Notes under the pieces: model-generated
Databases searched by the model: none
What the model was told of the DNA's origin: nothing
The model's input: only the letters and a program-made list of their open reading frames with translations
Shown here: piece by piece, positions 1 to 8,731 of the stretch
Layout of the letters: every line of letters begins with the position of its first letter
Position numbering within the stretch: the stretch's first letter is position 1
From: an uncultured Actinomycetota bacterium
GTDB lineage: Bacteria; Actinomycetota; Actinomycetes; Propionibacteriales; Nocardioidaceae
Length of the DNA stretch: 64,000 bases
NCBI GenBank assembly: GCA_963774575.1
Contig: CAVZFO010000021.1
Location: forward strand, 7,315 to 71,314
Direction of reading: 5' to 3'
Program-made: the position numbers and the translations under genes

Positions 1-18
1 CGGAATGTGTCGCGATGC

Positions 19-817
19 TCACGCCCCACTCCGCACGTAGGTGCCGCGTTCTTGCGGGCGGTCGCTGGCCGCATCGGCGGCCACGAAGGCCTCGGTCGAC
101 CACCACTGGCGTACCTGTTCCTCGCCCAGCGCTGCGAACAGAGCCGTGGTCTGGCTGGCCTGGGCTCGCAGGGCGACGATCTTGCGGTCGACGGCCGCAG
201 GTCCTAGTCGCAGCGAGACCGCGAGCTCGGAGCGGGGTGTGCGACTTCGGCAGACCCTCGGTGAGGAAGATGTTGAACTGCTCTCGGCAGGGTTCCCACG
301 CCTGCACGAACTCCTCGGTGGTGGCGGCGTAGAGAAGTCGCGAGTCCGGGGCGGCCACGGCGTGGGCGGCGGTTGACCAGGCGGACACGGCTTGGTGGTC
401 CTCGTGGCCGGTCATCCCATCGGGGCCGAAGGTGACGATGGTGTCTGGCTCAACAGCCGCGATGATGCCGGCGAGCCGGCCTGTGATCGCCTCTGCGGGC
501 TGGGCCGCGAGGGTGCCGTCGGAGAGGCCGAGCAGGTGGTGCTCGGTGACGTCGAGCGCGGCGAGCGATGCCCGCAGCTCGTGCCAGCGGATCGCACCCA
601 GCCGGTGGGGTGGCCAGCGGATGGGGTCGTCGGTGCCGAGCTCGCCCAAGGTCGCCGTCACGCAGACGACCCGGTTGCCCGCGTCGCGGGCGGCGGCCAT
701 CAGGCCGGCCGACAGGAACGCCTCGTCATCGGGGTGTGCCCAGATGCCGAGCACGGTGCCGAGCCGGGCCGCGTCCGCGATCGGGGCGGGCCCGGCGGGC
801 GGGCGAAGGAAGGACAT
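19..817 (-). CDS. PIG-L/LmbE-family deacetylase (MshB/Mca-like), one frameshift near 230
   Basis: Manual translation MSFLRPP...GIWAHPDDE...VVCVTATLGELG...TFGPDGMTGHEDH shows the AHPDDE and GHxDH motifs. Absent from the ORF track. Confidence 0.85.
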
Positions 818-877
818 GGAACCGCTCTCGTCATGGGGACCAGGGTCAGACGGTGGAATCGGACGATGGTCGGAGAG

Positions 878-927
878 TTAGTACGACCGGTCGTACTAAT
901 TCATGACACTACGACCGATCGTGCTAA
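878..927. promoter_or_regulatory. Tandem palindromic TetR-type operators
   Basis: Perfect 22-bp palindrome TTAGTACGACCGGTCGTACTAA (878-899) plus degenerate copy CTACGACCGATCGTGCTAA (909-927), between divergent genes. Confidence 0.75.
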
Positions 928-937
928 CTTGTCAAAC

Positions 938-1594
938 ATGACGTCCCGCGCGTTGAACGGGCCTCAGCAGGCGCAGCGGCGCCAGCGGGCCGACGGCGAG
1001 CGCACCCGCAGCGCGATCTTGCGCGGAGCCGCGTCGCTGGCCACCGTCGACGGGCTCGACGGGCTGTCCATCGGGAACCTGGCTACCGCGATCGGCATCA
1101 GCAAGAGCGGCCTGTACGCCCACTTCGGCTCCAAGGAGGAACTCCAGCTGGCCACCGTGGCCGAGGCGGAGCGGATCCTCACCGAAGAGGTCATCGAGCC
1201 CGCGCTCGCGGCCGGCCGGGGGCTCGAGCAGCTGGCTGCGGCGTGCGAGGCGTTCTTCAGCTATGTGCAGCGCCGCGTCTTTCCCGGCGGCTGCTTCTTC
1301 GCCGCTACGTCGCTGGAGATGGGCATGCGCCCCGGGCCGGTCAAGGACCGGCTGGCCGCTATCCAGTCGGATTTCACCGAGCTGCTGCGGTCATTCGCGG
1401 CCACCGCGCTGGAGCAAGATGAGCTCCCCGCAGGCGAGGACCCCGACCGGCTTGCCTTCGAGCTGCACGCCGTACTGCTGGGTGCCGACACCAAATTCGT
1501 TCTGCAGGACGACCCAGCAGTACTGGACCTCGCCCGCTCCGTCGTCCGCCAACGACTCGGACTGAACGACCGCGACACCGTCGGCGGCACCTGA
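938..1594 (+). CDS. TetR/AcrR family transcriptional regulator
   Basis: N-terminal HTH GLSIGNLATAIGISKSGLYAHFGSKEEL and GGCFF motif. Confidence 0.92.
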   Translation: MTSRALNGPQQAQRRQRADGERTRSAILRGAASLATVDGLDGLSIGNLATAIGISKSGLYAHFGSKEELQLATVAEAERILTEEVIEPALAAGRGLEQLAAACEAFFSYVQRRVFPGGCFFAATSLEMGMRPGPVKDRLAAIQSDFTELLRSFAATALEQDELPAGEDPDRLAFELHAVLLGADTKFVLQDDPAVLDLARSVVRQRLGLNDRDTVGGT

Positions 1595-1791
1595 CGCCGC
1601 TGCGCAGGGCCGCGGCGACGCGTATGTGCGCTCGAGGGCGACTGCGGCTCCCCGACACCGACCAGCGCAACCTCGACGCCCTCACCCGCAGACAAGCTCA
1701 GACCTAGCGTCACACCGCCCAGATAGACGCAGGGACACCCAAGACGTGCCTCAACTGCCTCAACCATCCAACTTCAGACCATGACGCGGGT

Positions 1792-2256
1792 TCACATGGA
1801 CAGCGCGCTTGGGAACCGAGTCTCGAAGTCGAGCACACCAACCCACGAGGGTGTCACCGTGATCCGGGCCATCGGCTGGCCGCTGAGCTGCTGCGCCCAG
1901 GCATTGCCCTGTTCGTCACCGAAGTAGCGGCGAGCCGCGGCGGCGTATTCGTCCGAGACGTCCTCCAGCATTTCCACCGTCGCGTCACCTCGAACCATCA
2001 GCACGTGATACGGCCATCCCGCTGCCGCATCGATCGTGACAGCCACCCTCGGCTCTCGCTCGAGTGCTCGGAGCTTCGGAGCCTTGGGTGGGCTTCCGAA
2101 CGTGAGTGCCTCGCCGGTCCAGTGGAACCAGATCGGAACCACGCGCGGGGTCCCGTCGAGCCACGAGTAGGCGAGACGGGCCAGTTCCTGCGAACCGAGC
2201 AGTTCCTGAGCCACCGGGTCATCGAGCAGATGTAGGTCGCCCTGCGATGCGGTCAT
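1792..2256 (-). CDS. Pyridoxamine 5'-phosphate oxidase-like (PPOX/F420-class) protein
   Basis: ARLAYSWLDGTPRVVPIWFHW...PKLRALEREPRVAVTID split-barrel signature. Confidence 0.85.
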   Translation of the reverse strand: MTASQGDLHLLDDPVAQELLGSQELARLAYSWLDGTPRVVPIWFHWTGEALTFGSPPKAPKLRALEREPRVAVTIDAAAGWPYHVLMVRGDATVEMLEDVSDEYAAAARRYFGDEQGNAWAQQLSGQPMARITVTPSWVGVLDFETRFPSALSM

Positions 2257-2389
2257 TGCATTCCCTCTCGCTACACGGAAACCGGCGGTTTCCGTCCCAG
2301 ATCCCGTGGTTCTGCACGGTGTTCTGACGAACAAGTGAACGCCTACGTTTCTTACGACCGCAAGCACTGGGCAGCGTCGACTCTTGCGT

Positions 2390-2525
2390 CCTCACGCGCC
2401 CCCGTCGCCGTACGTCGTCAAGACCAAGAAGCTCACCACCGGCCAGCACAAGCTCCACGTCCGCGCAGTCCTAGCACGCGTCCCTGATCCGACACCGTCC
2501 GCCAAGAAATTCACGGTGATCCGTT
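2390..2525 (+). pseudogene. Orphan C-terminal fragment of an Ig/FnIII-like domain of a secreted protein
   Basis: SPYVVKTKKLTTGQHKLHVRAV...DPTPSAKKFTV, with no plausible upstream gene body. Confidence 0.45.
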
Positions 2526-3053
2526 GGCCGAGGTCACCAGTCCTCGAGGAGCAGCATCAGGTCACACGGCCGCGGCAGCGGCATGCAGGCACCGCGACCC
2601 GCGGACCGCAACCGTCGGTGCGATCCCACGCTTATCCTGCCCCATTCGCGACCTGCGTCTAGCCGCGAAGCGGCAGTTGTCTTATCGCCGCGAGGCGGAC
2701 GCGATGCCATTGCGAGCCACGGCCCATCCGGCCGAGTTCAGTCGGCGACTGTGCCGGTCAGGGTTCCCCGCCCGAGCGCACCAGCGCCGCTCTGATGAAA
2801 CGCTGCAATGACTGCGATGGTCGTGGTCAGCTGGGTCGGCATGACGTGTTTGCGCACGGCAGCCACCTCCAGACGCACGTGCGTCTGCCGCACGCGCCCA
2901 GTATTGAACGTCGGCAAGTGCCATGCAGTGGCTACACGGGAACGCGCTGGGCTATCGCCAACTCAGTACACCCATGGGTCGCCCAGCGGCGACCGTGGGG
3001 CCATAGGATCCGCCGCGGCGGATGGTCGGAGCGCCGCCGACTAGCGTCGCCCT

Positions 3054-3602
3054 GTGACCCTCCCGACCTTCTCCGCCGATGACCGCGTCCGGCCGCCGCT
3101 GCGCGCCGACGAGGAGACCACGCTGCGCGCCTTCCTCGACTACCACCGCGACACGCTCCGCTGGAAGTGCGCTGGACTGACCCAGCAGCAGCTCGCCCAG
3201 GCGCTGCCGCCGACCGACATGACGCTCGGCGGGCTGATGAAGCACCTCGCGGCGGTGGAGTGCGGCTGGTTCGAGGAGATGTTCGCCGGCGACTCGCCGA
3301 TGCCGCCCTTCGACACCGTGGACTGGGACGCCGACCCCGACTGGGAGTGGCACACCGCCCGGGACAACACCCCAGAGGAGCTCTTCACCCTCTTCGACGA
3401 GGCCGTCAGTCGCGCGGATGCCGTCATCGACGAGGCCCTCGCCGGCGCCGGGCTGGACGCCGAGTCACAGCAGAAGGACCGCCGCGAGCGCACGCCGTTC
3501 AGCCTGCGCCGGATCATCGTCCACATGATCGAGGAGTACGCCCGCCACAACGGTCATGCCGACCTGATCCGCCAGGGCATCGACGGCGCTACCGGAGAGT
3601 GA
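3054..3602 (+). CDS. DinB/DUF664 family protein
   Basis: FLDYHRDTLRWKCAGL...LGGLMKHLA...HMIEEYARHNGHADLIR. TAGCGT -10 lies 6 nt upstream (leaderless). Confidence 0.92.
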   Translation: MTLPTFSADDRVRPPLRADEETTLRAFLDYHRDTLRWKCAGLTQQQLAQALPPTDMTLGGLMKHLAAVECGWFEEMFAGDSPMPPFDTVDWDADPDWEWHTARDNTPEELFTLFDEAVSRADAVIDEALAGAGLDAESQQKDRRERTPFSLRRIIVHMIEEYARHNGHADLIRQGIDGATGE

Positions 3603-4099
3603 CCACGGCCATCCCCGGACCCGGCCGGACCACGGACGACGACTGGCCCCGGATCTAGCCGTTGCTCGGCAAACGTGGCGATAGGTGAGACCTATGCCTT
3701 CCCGGAGGACCTCACCGTCGAGATCGACCGGGGCTGGTGGTTGTCCGAGCCCGTCGCTGACAGCAGCTCAACGGCAAGGCGCGCCCGGTCTGCGGCATAG
3801 CGGACGTTCGCGTCAGGCGGTGCTGCCAGCCGTACCCAGTAGATCGAGCGGCTCATCGACCGTGCTCGCAACCGGCTTCCACTGGTTGCCTCCCGTCGTG
3901 TCTACGCAAGACGCAGGACGTTCGCGGGCGCGGTCCGAAAGCCGGCAATCAAGACCGCCCTCAGAGCACCATGACCTCAGAGCACCATTGGCAGAGCCCA
4001 AGCCGGCATTTGAGGCGCCACCGAATCAGGTGGGTGCGCGCTGATGCGAGCATCCGGTGTACCTCGAGGATGCTCTCTGGCCGCATCGGCCCGTCTGCC

Positions 4100-4300
4100 T
4101 GGCGCTTGGGGCCGGCCATCGCTCTGGTGGGTCGCCGTCGTAGAACTGCAGGACGTGGTCGGTGATCCACACGTCGAGGGGCGGCCGCCGGCGGCGACGC
4201 GGAGGCAGGCCTTCTGCCACTGGGCGCAGACCGCGCCGACGGCGCCGGCCAGGCGGGCGGCCGGCCACAGCTCACCCCCGACCGCGACCCGCTGCTCCTG
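4100..4300 (-). mobile_element. Degenerate remnant of an IS481-type transposase C-terminus
   Basis: Frameshifted reading AGAVGAVCAQWQKACLRVAAGGR/LDVWITDHVLQFYDGD resembles the C-terminal domain of actinobacterial IS481 transposases (recalled similarity). Confidence 0.5.
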
Positions 4301-4339
4301 CTCGCCCGGGAGCGGAGGAGCGGTAGGCGCGGCGGGCGC

Positions 4340-6632
4340 TCACTCGGCCCTGAACTCCATGACCTGATCCACCGGCAGCCGGCCCGAGCGCGCCGACGGC
4401 GGGCCCGCGTGCGTGAGTCGGAACAACATCAGTTCGCTGGCCCCGTCCGACGGCCTGACGACCGCGTCGAACTCCCGGCGCAGCCGCGCCAGCGTCGCCC
4501 GCTCGCCGCGCCGTTCCAGGCCGCGGAAGAGGTAGATCAGCGCCGTGTACGGGTGGAGCGCCAGCCCGAGCGAGCAGGCGGTGAGCCACACGTGCTGCAG
4601 CCCGCGGCCGCCGTGGAAGTAGGCCTCCGCGCCTTCGCCGTCCGTGGTGAGCATGCCGACCGCCGAGGTCGCAGCGAACGACGTGCGTGCGGCCTTCGCG
4701 AACGTCGAGCCGGCGCCGGCGACCCGGGCTAGCCTCTCGAACGCGTCTTCCCGGCGCAGCAGGCCGATCGTCGCGGCGTCGGCCGCCGGGAGTTCCAGGG
4801 TCGCGAGGTCGATTCCGGTCCCAGCCCGCGCTGCCTCCGCTGGGCTCCAGCGGAGCTCCCCGAGCAGCTCCGCCCGCAGCGCGGGGGACAGGAACCGCAG
4901 CCGGTCGCCCTCGCCGAGGATCTGGCCGAGCTCGGCGAGCTCCGCCGGGTCGGTGAGGAACCGCAGCCGCAACCCGCGCGAGCCCGCGGCGGCGCTGAGC
5001 GCCGCGATCTGATGTGGCGTCAGCGGCTGCGGGGCGGCCTGCCGCCGGTTCGTCGAGCGGCGTCCCACCCAGTCCAGCTCCGGCGCCCGGGAGGCCGCTC
5101 GCCGGCGCAGGTGTGCGCGGAACACGACGGTCCCGCCTGGCACTCCGGCGGCCGTGGGTACGCCGTCGGGGAACGACTGGACGTCGGCGGCGACCCCGAT
5201 CGCGGCGGCGGCCAGGACGAGGTTCTCCGCGGCCGCTCCGAGCGCGAGGACGCTGCCCATGGCGTCCGGGTCCAGCGCGGACTCGGCCCCGCGCAGGTCG
5301 AGCACGCCGTCGCAGATCCCGCCGTGGAAGACGAAGCGCCACGGCTGCGCGTTGCCGCCGGACGGCGCCGAGCGCGGCGCACGCGACGACGAGGCGCGCT
5401 CGCTCGGGTGACGGCGCCCGGCCCGGCGGCACGGACGCGGGTGGCGCGAGGTCCGGAGGCGGCGGGTCGGGTACGGGCGGCGCGGGCTCAGCGGCGCCTG
5501 CGCGGCCGTCGGCGGTCACGAGCTCGTCCGAGGTCGGCGTAGAAGCGGCCGGAGGCCGCGAAGGTCGCCGAGCGCGATCCGGCGCACGGCGTTGGTGACC
5601 ATCGCGCCGCCGAGCGCGACGTCGGAGGCGAGCTGCGGCCAGGTCGAGACCGACTCCTTGACCTCGAACATCGAGGCGCGACGCGGTCGGTGAGGCTCGC
5701 GCGCCGTCGAGGATGCGGAGCACGTACGGGACCTTCTGCTTGGTCGTCAGCCCGCCGGAGCTCGGCCGAGGTGACGTCGCCGAGCAGCCCGTGGAACGCC
5801 GGGCGGTCCGGCTCGAGGTCGAAGCGCTCGACGTCGAGCATGCCGCGGTGGCTCGTCGCCATCACCACCGGCGACCCGCGGCGCCCGCGCCTGCTCGCGC
5901 AGCGCGCACCTTGATCTCCAGGTCGTCGCACTCGTCGACGATCACGTCGCGCGCCCCCGTCGCGACGAAGGCGTCGATGGTCGTCCTCGTCCACGCCGTC
6001 GCGGAAGAGGCTACGACGCGGATGTAGGGGTCGAGCTCGGCGACCTCGCCGCGCGGCGAGCACGACCTTGGTGACCCCGACGTCGGCGACGCCGGCCGCG
6101 ACCCGGTTGAGGTTCGAGAGGTCGAGCGACGTCGAAGTCGGCGAGCCGGCAGCTCGCCGCCGATGCCCTCGGTCGACCATCGTCAGACGCGGTCGCCCGA
6201 CCGACGGACAGGCCGACGACGCCGATCGTCAGCGTGCGTAGGTAGTCCTGCTCGGCCGCGGTGATGCGGTACCGGTTGCGGTCGCCGCGCAGGTGGGCGA
6301 ACTCGTCCGGCGGCAGGACGTGCACGAGCCGGTTGGACCAGGGGTAGTGCACCCAACGGCCGTACGAGTGCAGGCTTCGCCCGGCGACGTGCGCGCGGGC
6401 CAGTGCCGCGCGTTCGGCCGGGCCGGTGCCCTCGCGCGGGTGCAGCGAGGACATCAGGTCGAGCACCTGGTCGGCGATGGTGTCGTGGACGACCGGCCGC
6501 GCGGGCCCGTCGAGGAGGTCGCGCAGGGCTGCGGCGTCGTCGGGCTGGCCGGCGTCCAGGACGAGCGGGCGGTAGGGCTCCCGGTCCGGTTCCTTCGCTG
6601 ATCGCCCGCGGGAGCGCGAGGTCGGCGCTCAC
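4340..6632 (-). CDS. ThiF-like adenylyltransferase / nitroreductase-fold fusion (Rv1355c/MoeY-like, OxzB-like), frameshifted
   Basis: GRWVHYPWSNRLVHVLP...DRNRYRIT...IGVVGLSVG; LDLSNLNRV; GMLDVERFDLEP; APSGGNAQPWRF; RRSTNRR; GGRGLQHVWL. The GTG start overlaps the upstream stop codon. Confidence 0.82.
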
Positions 6633-7270
6633 GTCGCGGCCCAGTGGTCGATCCAGAGCAGCGTGCTGCGGTAGCGCTCGTCGGGGAACGGCAGGTCGGC
6701 GTACCGCCGATCGACCTCGAAGCCCACGCGTTGGGCGGGGCGAAGGCTGTTCTGGTTGGCCAGGCCCATGGTCCAGCGCGCCGGGGTGCCGGTCGCAAGG
6801 GTGACGACAGCCCGCAGGAGTGCGGTGCCGAGACCCAGGCCGAGCGCCTCGGAGACGACCCAGGTGCCGGAGGACTCCTCGAGCCCGTCGGCCTCGCGGG
6901 CGGCGATCGCGGCGGCGATGCCGGGCGCCATCTGCTCGATGCCGTCGTAGCGCCCGATGTCCGAACCGGCCCGCAACCGGGTGCCACCGATGACGCCACA
7001 GTCCGCGCTCACCGCCAGAACGACCGTGGTGGCGACCTGTGGGCGGCCCGGGCCCGGAGCGAGGTGGGCGGCGCCCAGGGAGGCGTAGGTGTCGTGCAGC
7101 CCACGCCGGTAGGCGGCCCAGACGCCGGGCTCGTGAGCGACGTCGACGGCGAGCAACGCGATCGGTCCGCGCGCCGGGCCTACGTCGGCGCCGCGGGTCG
7201 TTCCGAGGTCCTGGTAGCTGCGCGCAACCGGCAGCAGGTCGATCGCCGGTATGGCCGTGTTCCCCACCAT
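6629..7270 (-). CDS. GNAT-fold N-acyltransferase-like protein (Rv1356c-like / acyl-amino-acid synthase-like)
   Basis: WAAYRRGLHDTY...VIGGTRL...GLGLGTALL...PFPDERYRSTLLWID; translationally coupled to the ThiF gene. Confidence 0.65.
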   Translation of the reverse strand: MVGNTAIPAIDLLPVARSYQDLGTTRGADVGPARGPIALLAVDVAHEPGVWAAYRRGLHDTYASLGAAHLAPGPGRPQVATTVVLAVSADCGVIGGTRLRAGSDIGRYDGIEQMAPGIAAAIAAREADGLEESSGTWVVSEALGLGLGTALLRAVVTLATGTPARWTMGLANQNSLRPAQRVGFEVDRRYADLPFPDERYRSTLLWIDHWAAT

Positions 7271-7394
7271 CGTGCACTCCCCTTCCTACGCCCTTGCCGG
7301 GCGTGCTCGTCATGTCGCTGACCGGATGACAAAAGTGCGTGTCCCGATACAGCGAGGGGGAGAGGCATCCGGCCGTCGTGCTCCCCAGAGGAGG

Positions 7395-7562
7395 GCGATC
7401 GGGAGACCGAGGTGCTCGGTCACCTGTGGCCAGCGAGACCTACGCGGAGGCGCTGTCCATCAGCGAGAAGACGGTGAACTCGCACCGGTCGAACCTGCTG
7501 CGCAAGACCGGACCAGGGACGCGACGGGAAGTGGCCGCGCTCGCACGGCGCCTGGGATGGAA
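7395..7562 (+). pseudogene. LuxR-type HTH remnant
   Basis: DRETEVLGHL/...AEALSISEKTVNSHRSNLLRKTG...RREVAALARRLG, with no N-terminal domain. Confidence 0.6.
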
Positions 7563-7720
7563 AGGCAATCGAAGAGGCTCAAACTACCCGCCCTCCCGTG
7601 ACAGCCAAGGCCCTCAATCCCAATGCTCATCGAGATACACATTCGACGCCGGCCATGCACCGGGTGCAATCACAGCGCCGCTAGCACGGTCAGCTGGTCG
7701 AGAACGACGGCGTCCTCGAC

Positions 7721-8128
7721 CTAACCGTCCAAGCGTCTGAGGGCCTTCGTAGCCGCGGTCCGCACCCTGGCCGAGTTGTCATGGCACATCGCCTCGACGG
7801 CGGCGCGTTCCTCGCCAAGGCCTCGTTCGGTCACCACCCGCAAAGCCATCTCGCGTACCCGCCACGCCTCGTCCTCGAGCGCCGACCGGATGGCACCCCG
7901 CGCTGATCCGTGCCACGCATACAGCAGACCTCGTGCCGCCCACACGCGGAGCCAGTAGTCCGGCCCAGGTTCGCCGCCGGTCCGGACCCAGTCCGCGGGT
8001 GGGCCACCGAGCGCCATTATCAGATCTCCGTCGACGGGTCTGTGGCGGAGCATGGCGACGCATCCCGACACCACAGCCCTTTCACCCCGGCGCGCGCACT
8101 CCTGCTCGACGCTCTGCTGCGGCGTCAT
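7721..8128 (-). CDS. HEAT-repeat domain protein
   Basis: YWLRVWAARGLLYAW...ALEDEAWRVREMALRVV...DNSARVRTAATKAL. Confidence 0.75.
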   Translation of the reverse strand: MTPQQSVEQECARRGERAVVSGCVAMLRHRPVDGDLIMALGGPPADWVRTGGEPGPDYWLRVWAARGLLYAWHGSARGAIRSALEDEAWRVREMALRVVTERGLGEERAAVEAMCHDNSARVRTAATKALRRLDG

Positions 8129-8223
8129 CCCCCAGTGAGACCGGCTGGCCATGGCGATCGACGATAGCTGCTGCAGAGCCGTCGCAGTTGGACGTGACTC
8201 TGCGTCTAGTAGCCGCGATCGGG

Positions 8224-8312
8224 TCAGGCGATGAGCTCGTAGTGCTTCGCACGGCTGATCCCGAGCTGAGCTGCGGCTTCCGGGACCTTCAAGTAACAAT
8301 GCGTCCACAGTG
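8224..8312 (-). pseudogene. Excisionase-like HTH (HTH_17) remnant
   Basis: SD-like GGAG, then frameshifted MDALLL/KVPEAAAQLGISRAKHYELIA* next to the tRNA 3' end. Confidence 0.6.
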
Positions 8313-8548
8313 GACTCTCCTTCTCCGGTGAGGTCCTGGAAAGGCCACGTCTGGCACCAGGTCGGGTCCGGTGCAGGAGCGAAAGCGTCAACTCGCCCCC
8401 ATGGTGCTCCAGAGCACTCTCAGACCGACGCGGACCCTGGCCACGCCGGCCGGTGAGCCAGCCATGTTTCGGTCGTGGACGGCCATGGATGGGACCGGAT
8501 TCGTGCGGATCCCGCGGCACTGTTCGCTAACGAACGACTAACAAGAAC

Positions 8549-8590
8549 GTCAGAGGCCCTTTTAACCATGTGGTTAAAAGGGCCTCTGAC
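8549..8590. terminator. Perfect 20-bp inverted repeat downstream of the tRNA (terminator or att-associated)
   Basis: GTCAGAGGCCCTTTTAACCA-TG-TGGTTAAAAGGGCCTCTGAC. Confidence 0.7.
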
Positions 8591-8606
8591 CTGCGGTTTC
8601 ACTTTG

Positions 8607-8680
8607 TAGCGGGGGCAGGATTTGAACCTGCGACCTCTGGGTTATGAGCCCAGCGAGCTACCGAGCTGCTCCACCCCGCG
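8607..8680 (-). tRNA. tRNA-Met(CAT), initiator type
   Basis: CGCGGGGTGGAGCAGCTCGGTAGCTCGCTGGGCTCATAACCCAGAGGTCGCAGGTTCAAATCCTGCCCCCGCTA. C1:72 mismatch, three G-C pairs in the anticodon stem, no encoded CCA. Confidence 0.97.
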
Positions 8681-8731
8681 TCGGTGAACGCAAGGTTACG
8701 GCACGGGAGGAGGCCGCCCAAATCCGGGTCG

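Noticed and set aside
2790-2830. Hammerhead ribozyme core (CTGATGA)
   Set aside because: No stem II followed by GAAA and no supporting helices.
3959-3988. 14-bp direct repeat CCTCAGAGCACCAT x2
   Set aside because: Only two copies with no associated element; probably a local duplication.
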